Shown here: positions 58,778 to 64,000 of the stretch, piece after piece
How positions within the stretch are numbered: position 1 is the stretch's first letter
Layout: every line of letters begins with the position of its first letter
Source of the DNA: Candidatus Zhuqueibacterota bacterium
Lineage (GTDB): Bacteria; Zhuqueibacterota; JdFR-76; DREG01
DNA length: 64,000 nucleotides
NCBI GenBank assembly: GCA_022566355.1
Contig: JADFJB010000003.1
Coordinates: 15,377-79,376 of the forward strand
Reading direction: 5' to 3'
Translations under genes and position numbers: made by a program
Notes under the pieces: model-generated
What the model saw: the letters and a program-made list of their open reading frames with translations, nothing else
Databases searched by the model: none
What the model was told of the DNA's origin: nothing

Positions 58778-61453
58778 ATGGATAACAATCACTATGATCT
58801 ACTAACTGAAGACGATATTGAGATTCATGAGTGGTTGGAATCTCTAGATTATGTGATCCAATCAGGAGGCGCAGATAGAGTTCGGACTTTATTGCGGCAA
58901 TTACAAGTTCATGCACAGAAATCCGGAATTTCCATTCCATTTACGGCTAATACCCCTTATATTAACACAATTCCGGTGGAAGATCAACCGCCATACCCTG
59001 GCAGCAGGGAGATCGAACGCCGCATAAAAAGTATTATTCGCTGGAACGCCATGGTCATGGTCGTCAGAGCAAATAGAACTGAAAGTGGTATAGGTGGTCA
59101 CATTTCCACTTATGCGTCAGCAGCAACTTTGCTTGAAGTGGGTTTTAATCATTTCTTTCGAGCAGGCGGCGAAAACAACGATGGCGACATTATCTTTTTC
59201 CAGGGACATGCTTCCCCTGGAATTTATGCTCGCGCTTTTCTGGAAGGAAGAATTTCAGAGACTGAGCTAATAAACTTTCGCAGGGAATTGCAACCGGAAG
59301 GTGGTTTGTCGTCTTATCCGCATCCCTGGCTGATGCCGGGATTTTGGCAATTTCCAACGGTATCTATGGGACTTGCCCCGATCATGGCAATCTACCAGGC
59401 TCGATTCAACGAGTATTTAGCGGATCGAGGTTTAAAGGATACAAAAAACTCAAAAATCTGGGCTTTCCTCGGCGATGGTGAAACAGATGAGCCTGAAGCG
59501 TTGGGAGCCATTACGCTGGCATCACGAGAAAAATTAGACAACCTGATTTTTGTGATCAACTGTAATTTGCAAAGATTGGATGGACCGGTTCGAGGTAACG
59601 GTAAAATCATTCAGGAACTTGAGGCGACATTCCGTGGTGCGGGCTGGAATGTCATTAAATTGATCTGGGGAGGTGACTGGGATCCATTAATAGCGAGCGA
59701 TCACGATGGTGTTCTTATTCGCCGGATGGAAGAAACAGTGGATGGCGAATACCAGAAATATACTGTTGAATCGGGCCAATATACGAGGCAACACTTTTTT
59801 GGCAAAGATCCTCGATTATTAAAACTTGTGGAAGGGCTTTCCGACGAACAGATCAGGAAATTGAAGCGCGGTGGTCACGATCCGGATAAAGTTTATGCGG
59901 CATATAAGGCAGCGGTAGAACATAGAGGATCACCGACGGTTATTATTGCCAAAACGGTCAAGGGTTATGGCATGGGTGAAAGTGGGGAAGGGAAGAATAT
60001 AACCCATCAACAGAAAAAACTGAATGAAGACGAAATGAGGGATTTTCGATCCCGGTTCGGCATTCCTATTTCCGATAAAGAAGTTGCTGAAGAAGCCTTT
60101 TACAAGCCGAAAGAAGATAGTCCGGAGTTAACTTATTTGCATGAGCGCAGAAAAAAACTAGGTGGTTATCTTCCGTCCCGATCGGTGAAAGTGAAACCAA
60201 TAAAAACTCCGAGTGAAAAAGTATTTGAAGAGTTTTATAAAGGTACTGATGGCAGGGAAGTTTCCAGCACGATGGTTTTTGTTCGCATTTTAGCAAAGTT
60301 GCTCAGAGATGCTGACATTGGAAAATTACTCGTTCCCATAGTGCCGGACGAAGCCCGAACTTTTGGTATGGAAGCTTTATTCCGTCAGGTTGGTATTTAT
60401 GCCCATGCTGGACAGCTTTACGAGCCGGTTGACAAAGACAGTCTCCTTTATTATAAAGAAGCGCAGGATGGCCAAATTTTAGAGGAAGGAATTACTGAGG
60501 CCGGATCGATATCTTCTTTTATTGCGGCAGGTACAGCTTACGCAACCCACGGTATTAATGCGATTCCGTTTTTTATTTTCTATTCCATGTTTGGTTTGCA
60601 AAGAGTGGGTGACCTGATCTGGGCCGCTGGAGATATTCGGTGCAAGGGATTTCTTATCGGTGGAACCGCAGGGCGGACCACGCTGAATGGTGAAGGGCTG
60701 CAGCATCAGGATGGACATAGCCATATGCTGGCCTATCCGGTACCAAACTTAGTTACTTACGATCCTGCATATGCATATGAGTTGGCCGTCATCATTCGAG
60801 ATGGCATCTATCGGATGTATGAGAAACAAGAATCTGTTTTTTATTACATAACTGTTATGAACGAAAATTATGCGATGCCGAGCATGCCAAAAGGCGTTAA
60901 AGAAGGGATCCTCAAAGGCATGTATCGCCTTGAAAAATCCAAAAAGAAAGATTCGAAATTACAAGCACATCTGTTTGGCAGTGGTACAATCTTGAATGAA
61001 GCCATAAAAGCAAAAGATATGTTGGAAAAGAATTACAATGTAGCCACTGACGTCTGGAGTGTTACCAGCTATAAAGAGCTACACCGTGATGCACTTGATG
61101 CGGAGCGCTGGAATATGTTGCATCCGGATGAGAATCCTCGAGTGTCTTACATTTCAAAATTATTAGAAAAAGAAAAAGGCGTTTTTGTAGCGGTGTCAGA
61201 TTATTTAAAAGCATTGCCTGAATTAATTTCCAGGTGGGTGCCTGGTCGATTGATGCCCCTTGGAACGGACGGTTTTGGCAGAAGCGAAACAAGAGAGGCG
61301 TTGCGGAATCATTTTGAGGTTGATGCACGATGGATTACTGTTGCAGTGCTTTACAATCTGGTCAAAGAAAACAAAATAAAGCTTACAGTGTTGAAAAAGG
61401 CATTTAAGGAGCTTGATATCGACCAGGAAAAAGCGAATCCACTTTTTGTTTAA
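58778..61453 (+). CDS. aceE: Pyruvate dehydrogenase E1, homodimeric type
   Basis: GGHISTYAS, FQGHASPG, PTVSMGL, GDGETDEPE, NCNLQRLDG, GEGLQHQDG. Confidence 0.97.
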   Translation: MDNNHYDLLTEDDIEIHEWLESLDYVIQSGGADRVRTLLRQLQVHAQKSGISIPFTANTPYINTIPVEDQPPYPGSREIERRIKSIIRWNAMVMVVRANRTESGIGGHISTYASAATLLEVGFNHFFRAGGENNDGDIIFFQGHASPGIYARAFLEGRISETELINFRRELQPEGGLSSYPHPWLMPGFWQFPTVSMGLAPIMAIYQARFNEYLADRGLKDTKNSKIWAFLGDGETDEPEALGAITLASREKLDNLIFVINCNLQRLDGPVRGNGKIIQELEATFRGAGWNVIKLIWGGDWDPLIASDHDGVLIRRMEETVDGEYQKYTVESGQYTRQHFFGKDPRLLKLVEGLSDEQIRKLKRGGHDPDKVYAAYKAAVEHRGSPTVIIAKTVKGYGMGESGEGKNITHQQKKLNEDEMRDFRSRFGIPISDKEVAEEAFYKPKEDSPELTYLHERRKKLGGYLPSRSVKVKPIKTPSEKVFEEFYKGTDGREVSSTMVFVRILAKLLRDADIGKLLVPIVPDEARTFGMEALFRQVGIYAHAGQLYEPVDKDSLLYYKEAQDGQILEEGITEAGSISSFIAAGTAYATHGINAIPFFIFYSMFGLQRVGDLIWAAGDIRCKGFLIGGTAGRTTLNGEGLQHQDGHSHMLAYPVPNLVTYDPAYAYELAVIIRDGIYRMYEKQESVFYYITVMNENYAMPSMPKGVKEGILKGMYRLEKSKKKDSKLQAHLFGSGTILNEAIKAKDMLEKNYNVATDVWSVTSYKELHRDALDAERWNMLHPDENPRVSYISKLLEKEKGVFVAVSDYLKALPELISRWVPGRLMPLGTDGFGRSETREALRNHFEVDARWITVAVLYNLVKENKIKLTVLKKAFKELDIDQEKANPLFV

Positions 61454-61509
61454 GGAGATTCCTTAAAGATAACGTTTAACTTTTTTAATTAGAATAGGAT
61501 AGAATTAAT

Positions 61510-62856
61510 ATGAGTAGTGAAGTACGCCTGCCGGAACTTGGGGAAAACATTGAAGCTGGTGACATTATCCAGGTTTTGGTTTCGGTTGGAGATACCATCG
61601 ATCTGGAGCAGCCAATTATAGAACTTGAAACGGATAAAGCTGTGGTTGAAGTTCCATCCCCGGTAAGTGGTAAAGTAACCAAAATTCATGTCAAGGCTGG
61701 TGAAAGTTTAAAAGTGGGTGCTGTAGTTTTATTAGTCGATGTAAATAGTGGGGATACGATTGCAGGAAAACAGGAAGCTGTCGAAGACGCGCCAACAAAA
61801 GAAGAAGCCAAAGATGTTATTGAATCAGAACCACATGAACCAGATAAGCCGGTTGAACAAAGTTCGAGTGCTGAAATCAAACCGGAAGCTGCCGAAGTTC
61901 CACAGGTCGAAGCCAAACTGCCAGTAGAGAAACCCATTGACAGACCTTCAGGACCAAGAAATGTTGCACCTGCAGCTCCTTCAGTTCGTCGACTCGCGCG
62001 TGAGATTGGCATCGATATTAATCAAGTAGCAGGGTCCGGACCATCAGGACGAATTTCTGCTGACGATATAAAGAATCATTCCAAGAAATTGTTGCAAGGC
62101 GGTTCACCATTGGCGTCTGTTCAGGTTGAAATTTTACCTGATTTTTCCAAATGGGGCGAAATCGAACGAAAACCGATGAGCAACGTTCGCAGGAAGACGG
62201 CTCACCACTTAAGTTATGCCTGGGCGACCATACCCCATGTTACCCAATATGACAAGGCAGACATCACCAATGTTGAAAAATTCAGAAAAGAGTTTGGCAA
62301 GAAAGTTGAGCAAGCTGGTGCAAAATTAACAACGACTGCAATCCTGATAAAAATTGTTGCTTCTGCATTAAAGCTTTATCAACAATTTAATGCCAGTGTC
62401 GATATGGCGAACAATGAAATTATTTACAAAAACTACCTTCATATTGGAGTGGCGGTAGACACTGAGAGGGGATTATTGGTACCGGTAATCCGGAATGTCG
62501 ATCAGAAAAATATTATAGAAATCTCAATTGAACTAGCAGAGTTAGCGGCAAAAGCCAGGGATAAAAAAATATCACTTGAAGAAATGCAAGGTGCATCCTT
62601 TACTATTTCTAACCTTGGTGGATTGGGAGGCACTTATTTCTCCCCTGTTATCAATTCTCCGGAAGTTGCTATTCTCGGCGTCTCACGTGGTAAAATGGAG
62701 CCGGTTTACATTGATGGAGAATTTATTCCAAGGTTGATGCTGCCACTCTCATTATCTTACGATCACCGCGTCATAGATGGCGCTGAGGCAGTAAGATTTT
62801 TAAGATGGACCGTTGGCGCTCTTGAGCAGCCGTTCCTGATTTCTCTGGAGGGCTAA
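61510..62856 (+). CDS. aceF: Dihydrolipoamide acetyltransferase E2 (one lipoyl domain)
   Basis: ETDKAVVEVP, AAPSVRRLARE, SYDHRVIDG. Confidence 0.95.
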   Translation: MSSEVRLPELGENIEAGDIIQVLVSVGDTIDLEQPIIELETDKAVVEVPSPVSGKVTKIHVKAGESLKVGAVVLLVDVNSGDTIAGKQEAVEDAPTKEEAKDVIESEPHEPDKPVEQSSSAEIKPEAAEVPQVEAKLPVEKPIDRPSGPRNVAPAAPSVRRLAREIGIDINQVAGSGPSGRISADDIKNHSKKLLQGGSPLASVQVEILPDFSKWGEIERKPMSNVRRKTAHHLSYAWATIPHVTQYDKADITNVEKFRKEFGKKVEQAGAKLTTTAILIKIVASALKLYQQFNASVDMANNEIIYKNYLHIGVAVDTERGLLVPVIRNVDQKNIIEISIELAELAAKARDKKISLEEMQGASFTISNLGGLGGTYFSPVINSPEVAILGVSRGKMEPVYIDGEFIPRLMLPLSLSYDHRVIDGAEAVRFLRWTVGALEQPFLISLEG

Positions 62857-62922
62857 AATACATTCCTCTCTTCCTTATGTTTTTCACTATAAATCACTAT
62901 TTAATATTCTTGGAGATGAAGA

Positions 62923-64000
62923 ATGACTGACAACGCTAATTCCATTCAATTGGTCATTATTGGCGCTGGACCTGGTGGTTATGCCGCGGCATATTTAGCT
63001 GCTGATTTAGGTATGAAGGTTACTCTTATAGATAAAGAAGCCAACCCTGGTGGGGTTTGCTTATACGTCGGATGTATTCCATCGAAAGCACTGCTGCACG
63101 TTGCTAAAGTGATTACAGAAGCCGAGGAGGCAAAGGATTGGGGTTTGGAATTCTCTACTCCAAAAATTGATATTGATAAAATGCGTGAATGGAAAAATCA
63201 GGTTGTCGGGAAACTTACCGGCGGACTAGGTCAAATGAACAAACAGCGTAAAGTTAACTATATTCAGGGCAGCGCAAAATTTCTAAATAATAAGTCACTT
63301 CATATTTCCAAAAGCGATGGCAGTGAAGAACAACTAACTTTTGAGAATGCGATTATCGCAACTGGCTCTCGACCATCAGTTATTCCAAGTTTGAGTATCG
63401 ATTCACCAAACGTATTGAATTCTACAACAGCTTTGGAAATTAAAAAAATTCCGAAAACCATGTTGGTCATTGGCGGCGGATATATTGGGCTTGAACTTGG
63501 GACTGTATATGCGGCGCTTGGAACAAAAGTTTCTGTTGTTGAAATGATGCCTGGATTGTTGCCAGGCGCCGATCTGGATTTGGTCAGGCAATTGAATAAA
63601 AGGTTGTCAAGAAAATTTGATAGCATAATGCTGGAAACCACAGTAACGGAAATTAAGGAGACAAAATCCGGGATCAAGGTAAAATTTGAAGGTAAGAATG
63701 CTTCGGAAGGAGAAAAGATTTATGAAAACGTTTTGGTTTCGGTTGGCCGACGTCCAAATTCTGAAGACTTTGGTTTAGAGAATACAACGGTAAAAGTGAA
63801 TGAAAAGGGTTTCATCGAAATTGATGCCCAGAGACGAACTGCTGAACCATCAATTTATGCAATTGGTGATGTTGCCGGAGAGCCGATGTTGGCACACAAA
63901 GCATCTCATGAGGGTCGTACAGCAGTTGAGGTAATCGCAGGTCATAAAGTGGCCTTTGAACCGGCAGCCATTCCTGCCGTTGTTTTTACTGATCCGGAGT
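62923..64000 (+). CDS. lpdA: Dihydrolipoamide dehydrogenase E3 (runs off window end; absent from the ORF track)
   Basis: Manual translation MTDNANSIQLVIIGAGPGGY...GGVCLYVGCIPSK...GGGYIGLE...GDVAGEPMLAHKA. Confidence 0.95.
   Translation, partial: MTDNANSIQLVIIGAGPGGYAAAYLAADLGMKVTLIDKEANPGGVCLYVGCIPSKALLHVAKVITEAEEAKDWGLEFSTPKIDIDKMREWKNQVVGKLTGGLGQMNKQRKVNYIQGSAKFLNNKSLHISKSDGSEEQLTFENAIIATGSRPSVIPSLSIDSPNVLNSTTALEIKKIPKTMLVIGGGYIGLELGTVYAALGTKVSVVEMMPGLLPGADLDLVRQLNKRLSRKFDSIMLETTVTEIKETKSGIKVKFEGKNASEGEKIYENVLVSVGRRPNSEDFGLENTTVKVNEKGFIEIDAQRRTAEPSIYAIGDVAGEPMLAHKASHEGRTAVEVIAGHKVAFEPAAIPAVVFTDPE

Noticed and set aside
136..63677. Numerous short ORFs antisense to or overlapping recognised genes (e.g. 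399..707, 11780..12232, 36935..37408, 61686..62012, 63300..63677)
   Set aside because: Shadow frames of well-supported genes with no motifs or RBS.
1..64000. tRNA, rRNA or tmRNA genes
   Set aside because: No cloverleaf or rRNA-like conserved segment was recognised by eye; tRNAscan-SE or Infernal would be needed to exclude them fully.

Overview
This is an AT-rich bacterial window (roughly 40% GC by eye). Its gene content (PorV/PorQ protein, T9SS-type cargo, carboxypeptidase-regulatory-domain TonB receptor, 'MIGKTISHY' Ser/Thr kinase-TPR protein) suggests an FCB-superphylum organism such as KSB1 or Calditrichota; that is inference only. Four blocks stand out. (1) 1-11.3 kb: a minus-strand outer-membrane locus with two lipoproteins, a TonB-dependent receptor, a secreted protein with a sorting-type C-terminus, a PorV-family barrel and a paralogous secreted protein. 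It lies divergent from an XRE-cupin regulator, an APC permease and an amidohydrolase. (2) 15.8-38.5 kb: mixed metabolic and signalling genes, many REP/MITE-like repeats, a frameshifted REP-associated transposase and a frameshifted kinase. (3) 39-56 kb: a sulfur-relay/molybdoenzyme island (two TusA plus a remnant, DsrE, rhodanese-persulfide dioxygenase, fused FeS-NrfD, Tat-less Mo oxidoreductase, SulP, mobA, moeA, modABC). (4) 56-64 kb: a toxin-antitoxin pair between fabI and a decayed copy of its 3' end, then aceE-aceF-lpdA. No rRNA, tRNA or CRISPR array was seen. The best candidates for undescribed systems are the SusD-less TBDR/PorV/cargo uptake locus and the cytoplasmic sulfane-sulfur island. 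Family assignments come from motif recognition, not database searches.
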